A program made the position numbers and the translations under genes. Below the pieces are notes generated by a model. It was not told the DNA's origin and made no database searches. It worked only from the letters and a program-made list of their open reading frames with translations. This document shows, one piece after another, positions 1-9,423 of a stretch of 64,000 nt of DNA (its first letter is position 1; each line of letters opens with the position of its first letter). The stretch lies in the NCBI GenBank assembly GCA_051252135.1, contig JBPOGH010000004.1, forward strand, positions 128,001-192,000. The letters are read 5' to 3'. Source of the DNA: Verrucomicrobiaceae bacterium. GTDB lineage: Bacteria > Verrucomicrobiota > Verrucomicrobiia > Verrucomicrobiales > Akkermansiaceae.

Positions 1-502
1 TCCAGGGCATTTTGGCGAGGAGGAGGGCGAGGCCGCACCAGCCGGTGGAACCTGCCATGGTGAGGCCGGCTCCGAAGAAGGCGGATCCCCAGGCGAAAGC
101 GGGGTGAATGAAGAGGGCGAGGAGTGAGAAGGTGAGGACACCGAGGCCGATGATGAGTTGGACCTGACGCATGAGGGGGAGGATTTTTCGCGAGGTCCGT
201 TGAAGGGGGAGGCCTTCCTGTTCCCAGGCGTTGATGCCTCCTTCAAGGATGCAGAGTTTGGTGAAGCCTTTTTCGGTAAGGATGCGGTGGGCTCGTTCGG
301 CTCTTTTGCCGGATTGGCAGATGAGGAGGTAGGACTTCCCGGGGTCGAGTTGGGTGCAGCGATTTTCCAGTTCGTCGACGGGGAGGTGGGGCGTTCCGGA
401 GATGTGTTTTTCCTCGACCTCGATAGCGGTGCGAAGGTCAAGGGCGGTGGCGGCGGGGTCGTTGAGGTGGCCCTGGCTGTCTTTTGGGGAGAGGGTTTTC
501 AT
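1..502 (-). CDS. Rhodanese-domain protein with C-terminal DUF2892/YgaP-like membrane domain (3' end runs off the window)
   Basis: Not in the ORF track. Manual translation from ATG at 502: MKTLSPKDSQGHL...DLRTAIEVEEKHISG...LLICQSGKRA...LEGGINAWEQEGLP...LPLMRQVQLIIG...FFGAGLTMAGSTGWCGLALLLAKMPW, with the rhodanese CxxGxR loop and a DUF2892-type tail. Confidence 0.85.
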   Translation of the reverse strand, partial: MKTLSPKDSQGHLNDPAATALDLRTAIEVEEKHISGTPHLPVDELENRCTQLDPGKSYLLICQSGKRAERAHRILTEKGFTKLCILEGGINAWEQEGLPLQRTSRKILPLMRQVQLIIGLGVLTFSLLALFIHPAFAWGSAFFGAGLTMAGSTGWCGLALLLAKMPW

Positions 503-506
503 GGGT

Positions 507-1007
507 TTATTGGGATTTGTTTTTCGATTGTTTCTTATCGAGAGAGGTGGTGTCGGGGTGTTCACGTTCTACCGAGGCTGCGCCCTCTTTGACGAAGGAG
601 GAGACGATGCGGGCGTGGTTTTGGGCGACCTTGATGGCGCGGGGGTTTTTACCGACGACGATGATCTTTATTCCATTTTTGAGGGGAGTGATGGTGGCGT
701 CGAGGTGATCGTAGTGTTCCACCATCTCGGCGTAGGCGGGGTCCCAGCGACGAACCATGGCACCGGAGTCGAGGCGTTTCTCCATGTAGGCGACGTGGGT
801 TTTGAGTTTTGCGACGAGCTCTTTGTTGTCGCTGGTGGTTTCGGCCCGATATCCGGTGGGCGTAATGGTTACCTTGCGGTTGAGCTCCTTGTGGTGTTCA
901 GCCATGAAGTGGATGATGTCACGCTGTTCCTGAGGGAGGGGGCCGCGGAAGGATTGGGCGTTGGAGTTAATGCAAAGTAGAAGAAAAAGCAGGGGGAGAA
1001 GTTTCAT
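507..1007 (-). CDS. Secreted hypothetical protein, His/Met-rich, apparent internal duplication
   Basis: Signal peptide MKLLPLLFLLLCINSNAQ from ATG at 1007; ends 4 bp before the rhodanese gene. Confidence 0.7.
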   Translation of the reverse strand: MKLLPLLFLLLCINSNAQSFRGPLPQEQRDIIHFMAEHHKELNRKVTITPTGYRAETTSDNKELVAKLKTHVAYMEKRLDSGAMVRRWDPAYAEMVEHYDHLDATITPLKNGIKIIVVGKNPRAIKVAQNHARIVSSFVKEGAASVEREHPDTTSLDKKQSKNKSQ

Positions 1008-1058
1008 GGGAATTCGGGGTTGTGAATATACGGATATTCGCATATAAAGATTTGTCGA

Positions 1059-1406
1059 ATGAAAAAAGCGAAGAAAAAAGAGGGGAAGCTGACAGCGGAG
1101 GGGCTGGAGCGAGTGGCGGGCCTGTTCCGGGTGTTGGGGGAGGCGGGGCGTTTGACCTTACTTCAGGAATTGAAGGTGGGGGAGAGGAGCGTGAACGAAT
1201 TGGTGGAATGCTCGGGGATGAGTCAGGCGGCGGTATCGAGGCAGCTCAAGTCACTTCATGAGGCCGGAGTGTTGAGTCGGCGCAAGGAGGGGACGAAGGT
1301 TTATTATGCGGTGGCGGACGTGATGATTTATGAGCTTTGCGAATTGGTGTGCGGCAAGTTGATGAAGGATCAGAAGACGCGGCAGGAGATTGAATATATG
1401 ATTTGA
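1059..1406 (+). CDS. ArsR/SmtB family transcriptional regulator
   Basis: FRVLGEAGRLTLL...SVNELVE...SQAAVSRQLKSLHEAGVLSRRKEGTKVYY winged HTH. Confidence 0.92.
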   Translation: MKKAKKKEGKLTAEGLERVAGLFRVLGEAGRLTLLQELKVGERSVNELVECSGMSQAAVSRQLKSLHEAGVLSRRKEGTKVYYAVADVMIYELCELVCGKLMKDQKTRQEIEYMI

Positions 1407-1418
1407 GGAAGCCCGGGA

Positions 1419-2285
1419 TCATGGCCGCAGGGCGTCGAGGAAGGCGCGTTCCCATTCTTCGAGAGAGCGTTTGGAGGAGTAGCCAAGGGAGACGCACACC
1501 GGGTTTGGCGCGGGTTTGAGGGGAAGGATTTTGATGGAGGGGCCGATGTTTGCACCTTCGGCGACGAAGGCCATGCCAAGACCGGCTTCGATGCCGAGGC
1601 GGAGGCTGGAGATGCCATCGAACTCACCGGCGATTTTGGCATTCACTTGATTGGTGCGGAAGTAGCCGGTGACGTTCTTCCAGTAGCCGGGGTAGTCGTG
1701 GCGGGAGAGGAGAAGGAGGCGCTGGCCGTCGAGATCGGCAGGTTTGATGAAGCGTTTTTTGGCGAAAGGGTGCTTGGTGGAGATAGCGATGCGGACGTCC
1801 TTTTTGCGGAGCGGTTCCCAGCGGATGGCGGGGTCATCGGTGGCGACCTCGATGATGAGGTCGAGTTCTCCATTGGCCAGTTTAACGGCCATTTCGTGAG
1901 TGGAGCAGTCGAACCAGCTGACGCGGACGCGGGGGAAGCGTTCGGCGAAGCAGGACATGGCGACTTCGATGAGGCCGGAGGCGAGGGAGGGAGCGAAGCC
2001 GATGCGCATCTCGGCGCCATCGATCTGGCTTCGCATGCGTTGGACTCCGAGCTTGGCGGCGCGTTGGATTTGGAGGCCTTCCTTTTGGACGGTCCTACCG
2101 GCGCGGGTGAGGGTGATGGATCTGTTTCCCCGCTCGAAGAGGGTCCATCCGAGGTCATCTTCGAGGGCTTTGATTTGTCGACTCAGGGCGGGTTGGGTCA
2201 TGTTGAGCTGACGAGCGGCCTCCGAGATGTTGAGGAGGGAGGCGACCTTGAGGAAGTAGTCCAATTGCCGAAAGTTGATGTCCAT
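1419..2285 (-). CDS. LysR family transcriptional regulator
   Basis: NISEAARQLNMTQPALSRQIKALEDDLG HTH signature; divergent from pirin. Confidence 0.95.
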   Translation of the reverse strand: MDINFRQLDYFLKVASLLNISEAARQLNMTQPALSRQIKALEDDLGWTLFERGNRSITLTRAGRTVQKEGLQIQRAAKLGVQRMRSQIDGAEMRIGFAPSLASGLIEVAMSCFAERFPRVRVSWFDCSTHEMAVKLANGELDLIIEVATDDPAIRWEPLRKKDVRIAISTKHPFAKKRFIKPADLDGQRLLLLSRHDYPGYWKNVTGYFRTNQVNAKIAGEFDGISSLRLGIEAGLGMAFVAEGANIGPSIKILPLKPAPNPVCVSLGYSSKRSLEEWERAFLDALRP

Positions 2286-2354
2286 GCCTGAAAAGCATGG
2301 TTAGGCCAAAAAGACAGCATTAGCCAGCATGGAAACGAGGAGGTATAAAAAGGC

Positions 2355-3068
2355 ATGACAACGACAGTCCAACCGAAGATTCAAGTCCGACGTGCTGGTG
2401 AGCGCTTTCACTCCGACCATGGATGGCTCAAGGCGTGGCACACCTTTTCCTTTGCCGATCACTATGATCCCGGGTTTACGGGATTCAGTTCCCTGCGGGT
2501 GATCAATGACGACACCATTTCCGCCCGGCAGGGATTTGGGGAGCATCCGCATCGGGACATGGAGATTATCACCTACGTGATTGAGGGTGAACTTGAGCAC
2601 CAGGATTCGATGGGTAATGGGAGGGTGATCAAGGCGGGGGAGTTTCAATATATGTCGGCGGGGAGCGGGGTGCGGCATGCGGAGTTCAATCCGTCGGCGA
2701 CCGATCCGGTTCATCTTTTGCAGATTTGGATTCAGCCGAATGAGCGCGGAGCGGAGCCGCGGTATGAGGAGCGGGCGGTGGGGCAACTGGAGGCAGGAGG
2801 GCCGCTGACGCTGGTGGCATCGGTTGATGGCCGTGAGGGATCGTTTGCGATTCGGCAGGAGGCAGAGATGCGCTTTGGGAGATTGGTGGCGGGGCAGAAG
2901 GTGGCTCTGAAGTCGGAGATGCCGCGTCATTGGCTGCATGTGATTTCCGGATCGGTGGCGGTGGGGGGAGAGGTGCTTGGTGAGGGGGATGGGGCGGCGA
3001 TTACCGGTTCCTTGCAAGAGTTGGCAGCGGGTGCAGACTCGGACTTCATCCTCTTTTCACTTTCCTAA
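2355..3068 (+). CDS. Pirin family protein (YhhW-like)
   Basis: HTFSFADHYDP, LRVINDD, FGEHPHRDMEIITYV, QYMSAGSGVRHAEFN motifs. Confidence 0.95.
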   Translation: MTTTVQPKIQVRRAGERFHSDHGWLKAWHTFSFADHYDPGFTGFSSLRVINDDTISARQGFGEHPHRDMEIITYVIEGELEHQDSMGNGRVIKAGEFQYMSAGSGVRHAEFNPSATDPVHLLQIWIQPNERGAEPRYEERAVGQLEAGGPLTLVASVDGREGSFAIRQEAEMRFGRLVAGQKVALKSEMPRHWLHVISGSVAVGGEVLGEGDGAAITGSLQELAAGADSDFILFSLS

Positions 3069-3080
3069 ACGATTACGACC

Positions 3081-3623
3081 ATGAAATTACTGATTATTGC
3101 AGCCACGAGTCACCTGGAGTCGATCAATCTGGCTTTGGCGAGCCATGCGGGGCGTCTGGTGCCGGGAGCGGAGCTGAACATTTTGGATCTCAATGATTAT
3201 GAGATGCCGATCTACTCGGAGGATCGCGAGGAGGCCACGGGGATTCCGGAAGCGGCAGGAAGGTTTATTGATGCGATTCAGGAGTCGGACGGGGTGATTC
3301 TCTCGCTGGCGGAGCACAACGGGAGTTACTCGGCGGCCTTTAAGAATATTTACGACTGGGCGTCGCGGAAGGAGCAGAAGGTGTGGGGCGGGAAGCCGAT
3401 GTTGCTGATGGCGACCTCGCCCGGTGGTCGGGGAGGAGCGACGGTGTTGGCAGCGGGAGAGGCGACCTTTCCCAGGATGGGGGCGGAGTTGGTGGCGACG
3501 TTTTCGCTGCCATCCTTTTACGATTCCTTTTCGGAGGAGGGGATCAGCGATGCTGAGTCACGGGAGAAATTTTTGGCTGCTTTGGGAGCCTTCACGAATC
3601 ATCTTAACAACAAGAATCTATGA
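3081..3623 (+). CDS. NADPH-dependent FMN reductase
   Basis: AEHNGSYSAAFKNIYDW and MATSPGGRGG flavodoxin-like motifs. Confidence 0.9.
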   Translation: MKLLIIAATSHLESINLALASHAGRLVPGAELNILDLNDYEMPIYSEDREEATGIPEAAGRFIDAIQESDGVILSLAEHNGSYSAAFKNIYDWASRKEQKVWGGKPMLLMATSPGGRGGATVLAAGEATFPRMGAELVATFSLPSFYDSFSEEGISDAESREKFLAALGAFTNHLNNKNL

Positions 3624-4000
3624 AAAACGCTACATTGATCGCACGGATACTCCTCGGAGCCGCCTTCCTGACCTTCGGGTTGAACTACTATCTTGGTTTC
3701 CTTTCGATGCCTCCGCAAGAGGGGCTGGCAGGGCAGTTCATGGGGGCAATTTATCAGTCGGGATATCTGGGGGTGGTGAAGAATATTGAGATTGCGGGCG
3801 GGCTGCTGTTGTTGACGGGGCGGTATGCGCCGTTGGGGCTGACCTTGTTGGGTCCGGTGGTGATTAACATCGCGCTCTTTGATGTTTTTTTGGCGAAGGC
3901 CTTTAATCCGGTTGGGGCGTTGGTGGGGGTGTTGTCGCTCTTTTTGCTGATCGCCTGGCGCGGAAATTTCAAGGGGCTGGTTGCGGCACCGCGGGGCTAG
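3620..4000 (+). CDS. DoxX family membrane protein
   Basis: ARILLG...FGLN...EIAGGLLLL...LGLTLLGPVVINI, four hydrophobic helices; ATGA/TAA-type overlap in a pirin operon. Confidence 0.85.
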   Translation: MKNATLIARILLGAAFLTFGLNYYLGFLSMPPQEGLAGQFMGAIYQSGYLGVVKNIEIAGGLLLLTGRYAPLGLTLLGPVVINIALFDVFLAKAFNPVGALVGVLSLFLLIAWRGNFKGLVAAPRG

Positions 4001-4149
4001 GTTCCCGTGAAAAGTCACCTGCCCAATGGAACCCCGTCCGGATAGGAGGGGGAGCCAGGGTTTCGCACCGAGGCGAAAAATGGGCCTGGGGCGGGTGAAT
4101 GAAAAGCGAGGGAAGTCGCGGCGCGCCGCCTCCGAACCTTCGTTGGTGC

Positions 4150-5157
4150 CTAGGCGAGGATGCCGCGGGCTTTGAGGTTGTTGAGGCGGTGGGCGGTTTC
4201 GATGAGGCCGTCGACCATGACCTGGGTGTAGTCGCGGCCGTCGGTGGTGTCGACGCCGTGTCCGGGTTCGAGGTCGCGGAGGCCCTGGAGGGCGGGGTCA
4301 TCGTGGCGGAAGAGTTCGACGTAGGCGCTGGGGAGTTGTCCGGTGCGGGCGCAGGCGGCGAGGAGGGCGGGGACCCAGCCGAGGTCCGAGGTGAGGCAGC
4401 CGCGGGTGGTGGGGACGGAGCAGTGGTAGGGGCCGATGTGGTTATTGGCGGCGAGCTGCTGGATGAGGGTTTCGTTTTCCTGCATGGTGAGGCCGGAGTC
4501 GCCACAGTGTGCGGCATCGACGAGGACGCGGAAGAAGGAGTGGCCGAGTTCCTCGCGGAGGCCATCGATGATGGGCATGAGTTTGGCGAGGGAGGTGAAG
4601 TTCTGGAATTCGCCGGGGCGGAGGAATTCGATGTTCCAGTTTTGGACGCAGGAGTCGGCGAGGCCGCTCTCGCGGTAGGCGCGGGCGTGGAGTTTGATGT
4701 TTTGGGCAACGCGGGCGTCGAACTCGGCCTGGTCTTTGGGCGGGTCTCCGACCATCCATGCTTCGATGGAGGTGGAGTTGATTTGGGTGATGCCGTTGCG
4801 GATGGCGCAGCCGATGTTGACCTGGAGTTGGGCGAGGGAGGCGTCTTCATCGGCAGGGTCCATGGGGTTGACGCCGCCGACCATCATGACGAGTTGGGGG
4901 TCGAGGCCGAGGGCTTTGACGCCGGTGATGAGCTCGTCCATGTCGGCGGGTTTGGTGGTGCCGAAGGAGGAGATTTGGATTTCGTCGACGATGACGGGGG
5001 CGAGGTTGACGATGTCGCGTGCGCCGGCGAGGACGACGAGTTCGCCATCGGCATTGCGCGGGAGGTTGCCGTTGTCATCGGGGACGAGGGCGTCGAGGAA
5101 GCCGAGGTGGGTGCCGAGGATGCCGAGTTTGACGCCGGAGTTGTTTGAGATGGTCAT
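4150..5157 (-). CDS. Sugar-phosphate isomerase/epimerase-like TIM-barrel protein
   Basis: Likely start MTISNNSG at 5157; metal-ligand-like motifs NIEFLRPGE, LVDAAHC, YHCS, YVELF. Confidence 0.6.
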   Translation of the reverse strand: MTISNNSGVKLGILGTHLGFLDALVPDDNGNLPRNADGELVVLAGARDIVNLAPVIVDEIQISSFGTTKPADMDELITGVKALGLDPQLVMMVGGVNPMDPADEDASLAQLQVNIGCAIRNGITQINSTSIEAWMVGDPPKDQAEFDARVAQNIKLHARAYRESGLADSCVQNWNIEFLRPGEFQNFTSLAKLMPIIDGLREELGHSFFRVLVDAAHCGDSGLTMQENETLIQQLAANNHIGPYHCSVPTTRGCLTSDLGWVPALLAACARTGQLPSAYVELFRHDDPALQGLRDLEPGHGVDTTDGRDYTQVMVDGLIETAHRLNNLKARGILA

Positions 5158-5327
5158 GTTGGGAGGGAGAGTTTCAGATGATGGGGATGGGGTGAAGGCA
5201 AAGTTTTGGGGTTTGCGGGGATTGTTTGCGGGCTGGCGAGGGTTGAGCCGGGAGCTTGATGGAAAGCTTGGTTGGGGGGGAGGTGTCCGCAGATTAAGAG
5301 GATTTGTGCAGATGGTTGGGGGTGGGA

Positions 5328-6068
5328 TTAGTTGAGGAGGGTGGTGAGGTGGAGGATGAAGGGTTGGTGTTTGGAGGGGGAGTCGTTGTGCCATTTCAGG
5401 AGGAAGGCGGAGAGGGTTTGGCCGGGGGGGGCGGGGTTTTTGTTGAGGGTGGTGAGGGCGAGCCAGTGGTTGGGGTCGATTTGGAAATGGGGGAGGAGGA
5501 TGTTGGCGATGGCACCATTTTTTGCGCGGAGGGTGGGGTCTTTGCGGAGGGCGGGGAGGTTTTGTTGGAGGTAGGCGGGGAGGGTTTCGGGGGTGATTTT
5601 TTCGCGGGTGGCGATGATGTTTTGGGCGTAGGTGTGGAGCTGATGGCGGTAGGATTTCCAGTGGGGGTGATCGCGCCATTTGAGGGAGAGTTGGCGGAGG
5701 GCGAAGAGGGAGGCGGTTTCGCAGAGGGTTTCCTCGAGCCATTTGTTATCGGTGGCGTCATTTCGAAATCCGGCGCGGACGTGGGTGAGCTCGTGGGCGA
5801 ATTGGTAGATGTACTGGCACCAGTAGCGCTGGCGGACGTTGAGGTGGATGATGAACTCGCCGCGGGGGGAGCGATCGAAGAGGGTGAGGGGGCCTTTGGG
5901 GGAGTTGGTGATGAAGAGGGGCGGGAGGTCGGCCTTGGGGAAGACGGAGATGGTGGCGTCGATGATGGCGCGGACTTCGGTCGCGGGGACGTCGAAGCTT
6001 TGGGCATCGATGCGGATTTGGCCCGGGGCGGGGAGGGCGAGGAGGAGAATGAGGAAGAGGAGCCTCAT
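5328..6068 (-). CDS. Secreted putative zinc metallopeptidase (HEXXH)
   Basis: Signal peptide MRLLFLILLLALPAPG; YQFAHELTH followed by WLEETLCE; ATG overlaps the Fur-family stop codon. Confidence 0.65.
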   Translation of the reverse strand: MRLLFLILLLALPAPGQIRIDAQSFDVPATEVRAIIDATISVFPKADLPPLFITNSPKGPLTLFDRSPRGEFIIHLNVRQRYWCQYIYQFAHELTHVRAGFRNDATDNKWLEETLCETASLFALRQLSLKWRDHPHWKSYRHQLHTYAQNIIATREKITPETLPAYLQQNLPALRKDPTLRAKNGAIANILLPHFQIDPNHWLALTTLNKNPAPPGQTLSAFLLKWHNDSPSKHQPFILHLTTLLN

Positions 6069-6565
6069 TTTCTGCGGTTGGGGAGGCGTTTTCCTCCGAC
6101 GCGGGCTTTGATGAGCTCCGGGCAGGAGCCGCCGTTGCGGAGGCGCTCGCAGGCGGCCTCGATGCGAAGGGATTGGCGGACGGGGCGGTAGCCGAGTCGG
6201 CGGGTGACGCAGTCGTTGAGGAGATCGAGGTGTGAGTCTTCGAACTCGACGACTTTTCCGCAGTCGACACAAACGAGGTGGTTGTGGTTGGGGTGGTCGA
6301 CGAAGTTGGGGTCGTAGGTTTTTTGGCCGTCGCCGAGGTCGATCTCGTGGATGAGGTTGGCTTCCTCGAGGAGGGCGAGGGTGCGGTAGACGGTGGCGCG
6401 GGAGGGTCGAGAGCCGGCGGAGCGGAGACGGTCGAAGAGTTCTTCGGGGGTGAAGTGCTCATCGGAGGCGAAGATGACGTCGACGATGCCATCGCGCTGG
6501 CCGGTCTGGCGGAGACCTTTTTTGCGGATGAATTCGTTGAGGCGTTCGCGGATGTCGTTTTCCAT
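6065..6565 (-). CDS. Fur family transcriptional regulator
   Basis: GLRQTGQR, SRATVYRTL, HNHLVCVDCGKVVEF motifs. Confidence 0.95.
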   Translation of the reverse strand: MENDIRERLNEFIRKKGLRQTGQRDGIVDVIFASDEHFTPEELFDRLRSAGSRPSRATVYRTLALLEEANLIHEIDLGDGQKTYDPNFVDHPNHNHLVCVDCGKVVEFEDSHLDLLNDCVTRRLGYRPVRQSLRIEAACERLRNGGSCPELIKARVGGKRLPNRRK

Positions 6566-6706
6566 GCTCTTGGGGGATGGTAGTGATTTTTTAGGGGAAT
6601 GGGAAGGGAATGAAATTTGAGATTTGAGAGATGAGATTTGAAGATTGAGAGGCTTGGTTGGGGGGAGGGAATGGATGATTTGAGGATTGGACGAATGGAT
6701 GATTGG

Positions 6707-6805
6707 CTTGGGTTGGGGGGGCTTGGGTTGCGGGGGCTTGGTTGCGGGGGCTTGGTTGCGGGGGCTTGGTTGCGGGGGCTTGGTTGCGGGGGCTTGGTTG
6801 CGGGG
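6707..6805 (+). repeat. Tandem G-rich 14-bp repeat CTTGGTTGCGGGGG, about 7 units
   Basis: Five near-perfect units at 6737-6805 preceded by two variants; intergenic. Confidence 0.9.
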
Positions 6806-6855
6806 TGATTGGTTTTGGGATTGATTGTGGGTTGGGGAAGTTGGAGGGTGGGGGG

Positions 6856-7317
6856 GTGAGAATTTTGTTGGGTCTTGTTTGCTTGTTGGTGGTGTCTTGT
6901 GCGAACGAGGAGATGTTGCGGGTGAGGCAGTTTCCGTTGCGGGAGACGGAGGTGGACCGGAATTATTTCAGGTCGTCGCGGGAGAATCAGTTTATTCGGG
7001 GCGAGATTAACAACCGGGTATACGGGGCGGTGACGAAGGAGGAGCGGGAGGCGCGGAAGGGTGATTATTATACGGTGTCGTGGGACTTGTTAGGTGGGCG
7101 TGAGAAGGTGGGGGTGATTTTTGAGTATCGGCAGACGAAGACGGGTGCGGATGTGAAGCGGATGAAGCGGGAGTTTCCGGCGTCGGTGGAGGGGAAGACG
7201 GAGTTTCAGGTGATTGGGGAGGCGTTTCAGAAGGGGGGGCGGGTGTTGGCGTGGCGGATGACTTTATTGGAGGGCGGGAAGACGGTGGCGGTGAAGAAAT
7301 CGTATCTGTGGGATTAA
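6856..7317 (+). CDS. Hypothetical lipoprotein
   Basis: GTG start, MRILLGLVCLLVVSC lipobox-like signal; the ORF-track extension upstream is only the tandem repeat. Confidence 0.7.
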   Translation: MRILLGLVCLLVVSCANEEMLRVRQFPLRETEVDRNYFRSSRENQFIRGEINNRVYGAVTKEEREARKGDYYTVSWDLLGGREKVGVIFEYRQTKTGADVKRMKREFPASVEGKTEFQVIGEAFQKGGRVLAWRMTLLEGGKTVAVKKSYLWD

Positions 7318-8216
7318 TTTCGGTGAGTGCGGGGGATGATTTGTGGGTGGCGTCTTATGAGCTGGAGTCGGCGGGTGCCTTGAACGCGGTGTCGGAGCGG
7401 CGGAAGTTTCGCGGTTTTTTGATTCGGTCCGGGAGTGGTTACGGGTGTGTGCATCCGTGGCCGGAGTTGGGTGATGCGACGGTGGAGGAGTGTTTGGAGG
7501 ATCGGGGGAATCGTTTGGTGCGGCGGGCGCTGCGGTGTGCGGCGGCGGATGGTGCGGCGCGGGAGCGCGGGGTTTCGCTTTTTGATGAAGTGAGGGTGCC
7601 GGTGAGTCATGCGACGCTTCCGGTGGCGAACCGGGAGGCGGTGATGGGGGCGCTGGAGGCGGGATTTGAGGTGGTGAAGGTGAAGGCGGGTGGGGAGTTG
7701 GATGGACTTGTTGAGTTGATGAGGGAGTTTGGGGAGGTGCGGTGGCGGTTGGATTTTAATGGAGCGGGTGAGGTGGGGGAGTTGAGGAAGCTGAAGGCGG
7801 TGGCGGAGCGGATTGATTTTGTGGAGGATCCGGTGGTCTATGATGTGGCGGGGTGGCGGGCGTTGGGTGAGGAGTTGGGGGTGACGCTGGCGAATGACCG
7901 GGAGGCGGAGCGGGATGAGGGGTCGCGGGTGGTGGTGGTGAAGCCGGCGGTGAGTGAGGTGGATGATTTTTCGGAGCATGGAGGCCGGGTGGTGGTGACG
8001 AGTTATATGGATCATCCGGTGGGGCAGGCGTGGGCGGCGTATGAGGCGGGGCGGTGCGGGATTGGGGAGGTTTGTGGTTTGCAGACGCACGGGTTGTTTG
8101 CGGCGACGGCGTTTACGGAGTGCCTGGGTCCGGTGGGCCCGGAGTTTGGCGGGGCGTCGGGAACGGGGCTGGGATTTGACGGGTTGTTAGAGGGGTTGGA
8201 TTGGCGACGATGGTGA
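7308..8216 (+). CDS. menC: o-succinylbenzoate synthase (enolase superfamily), start uncertain
   Basis: HPWPELGD, VVKVKAG, WRLDFN, FVEDP, ANDRE, VVKP, VVTSYMDHPVGQ motifs; next to a menE-like gene. Confidence 0.75.
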   Translation: MGLISVSAGDDLWVASYELESAGALNAVSERRKFRGFLIRSGSGYGCVHPWPELGDATVEECLEDRGNRLVRRALRCAAADGAARERGVSLFDEVRVPVSHATLPVANREAVMGALEAGFEVVKVKAGGELDGLVELMREFGEVRWRLDFNGAGEVGELRKLKAVAERIDFVEDPVVYDVAGWRALGEELGVTLANDREAERDEGSRVVVVKPAVSEVDDFSEHGGRVVVTSYMDHPVGQAWAAYEAGRCGIGEVCGLQTHGLFAATAFTECLGPVGPEFGGASGTGLGFDGLLEGLDWRRW

Positions 8217-8261
8217 AACAAACGGCTTGCGCGATTTGCGAAGGGGCTCGACCATTTTGGT

Positions 8262-9344
8262 ATGAGAGAATGTGAGTGGAAGGGGGCCGGGGATGGTGCT
8301 CCTTTGCTGATGGACCGGGATGGGGGATTGCAGGATTGGGCGGCGGGTCAGGAGGAGTTGCGGGGGACGGTGATTTTCCGGACGTCGGGAAGTTCGGGGG
8401 TGGAGAAGTGGGTGGCGATTGCGAGAGAGGCGCTGGAGTGGTCGGCTGATCGGGTGATTGGGCATTTGGGGTTGGGGGGTGATGATGTTTTTGGGTTGGC
8501 GCTGCCGGTGTGTCATGTGGGTGGGTTTGGGGTGGTGGTGCGTGCGGAGCGGAGTGGTGGGAGGTTGGTGGAGTTGGAGGGGAAGTGGTCGGTTGAGGGT
8601 TTTGTGAGGCTATGTGAGGAAGAGGGGGTGACGGTGAGTTCGCTGGTTCCGGCGCAGGTGAAGGATTTGGTGGCGGCGGGGGTGCGGGGGCCGGAGGGGC
8701 TGCGGGTGGTGGTGGTGGGAGGCGGGAGTTTTGAAGATGAATTGGCAGCGGAGGCGCGGGAGTTGGGGTGGCCGGTGGTGGCGAGTTACGGGATGACCGA
8801 GACGGGATCGCAGATTGCGACGGGGGAGGGATTGCCTTTGATTGAGGGGTGGGAAGTGCGGGTGAGGGAGGGGCTTTTGGAAGTGCGGGGCGGGGGGCTT
8901 TTGAGCGGGGTGATCACGCGGGTGGGAGAGGGGTTTGAGTTTGTGGATCCGAAGGTGGAGGGGTGGTTTCGGACGTCGGATCGGGTGGAAGTTGATGGAG
9001 GAAAGTTGAGGGTCTTGGGGCGGGCGGACCGGCGGGTGAAGGTGTTGGGCGAGTTGGTGGATTTGGAGGCGCTGGAGGAATTCTGGAGTGAGGTGACGGG
9101 AGGTGAGGTGGCCCTTGTCACGGAGCCTGATGAGCGCCGGGGCTTGAGATTGCATCTTTTCTTTGAGGGTGGGGGCGAGGGGATCGGTGGGAAGAACGAG
9201 GGGCTTCCGGGTCCGGAGAGGCTGGAGGGATGGACGAATCTTAAGAGATTGCCGGTCAGTTCGCTGGGTAAAATTGACCGGGCAGAGATGATAAAAATTC
9301 ATCGTGAAATGCATTGCCTTCGAGATGAGGTGCGTTTTACTTAA
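8262..9344 (+). CDS. menE: o-succinylbenzoate-CoA ligase-like AMP-binding protein (short form)
   Basis: FRTSGSSGVEK, LPVCHVGG, SYGMTETGSQ, FRTSD, GRADRRVKVLGE, LGKIDR adenylation motifs. Confidence 0.75.
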   Translation: MRECEWKGAGDGAPLLMDRDGGLQDWAAGQEELRGTVIFRTSGSSGVEKWVAIAREALEWSADRVIGHLGLGGDDVFGLALPVCHVGGFGVVVRAERSGGRLVELEGKWSVEGFVRLCEEEGVTVSSLVPAQVKDLVAAGVRGPEGLRVVVVGGGSFEDELAAEARELGWPVVASYGMTETGSQIATGEGLPLIEGWEVRVREGLLEVRGGGLLSGVITRVGEGFEFVDPKVEGWFRTSDRVEVDGGKLRVLGRADRRVKVLGELVDLEALEEFWSEVTGGEVALVTEPDERRGLRLHLFFEGGGEGIGGKNEGLPGPERLEGWTNLKRLPVSSLGKIDRAEMIKIHREMHCLRDEVRFT

Positions 9345-9423
9345 GTAATCTTAAATTTTGAGAAAATCCCGAAGTGAGGCAGGTGGGGGTGAAGACCCCC
9401 GGAGCCTTGAAACCCCCAACAAC

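Noticed and set aside
6707..6805. Possible CRISPR array (also considered for 24691-24768 and 43426-43579)
   Set aside because: Contiguous tandem units with no unique spacers and no cas genes
6703..6855. N-terminal WVAGAWLRGLG repeat extension of ORF 6703-7317
   Set aside because: Translation of the DNA repeat; the signal peptide begins at GTG 6856
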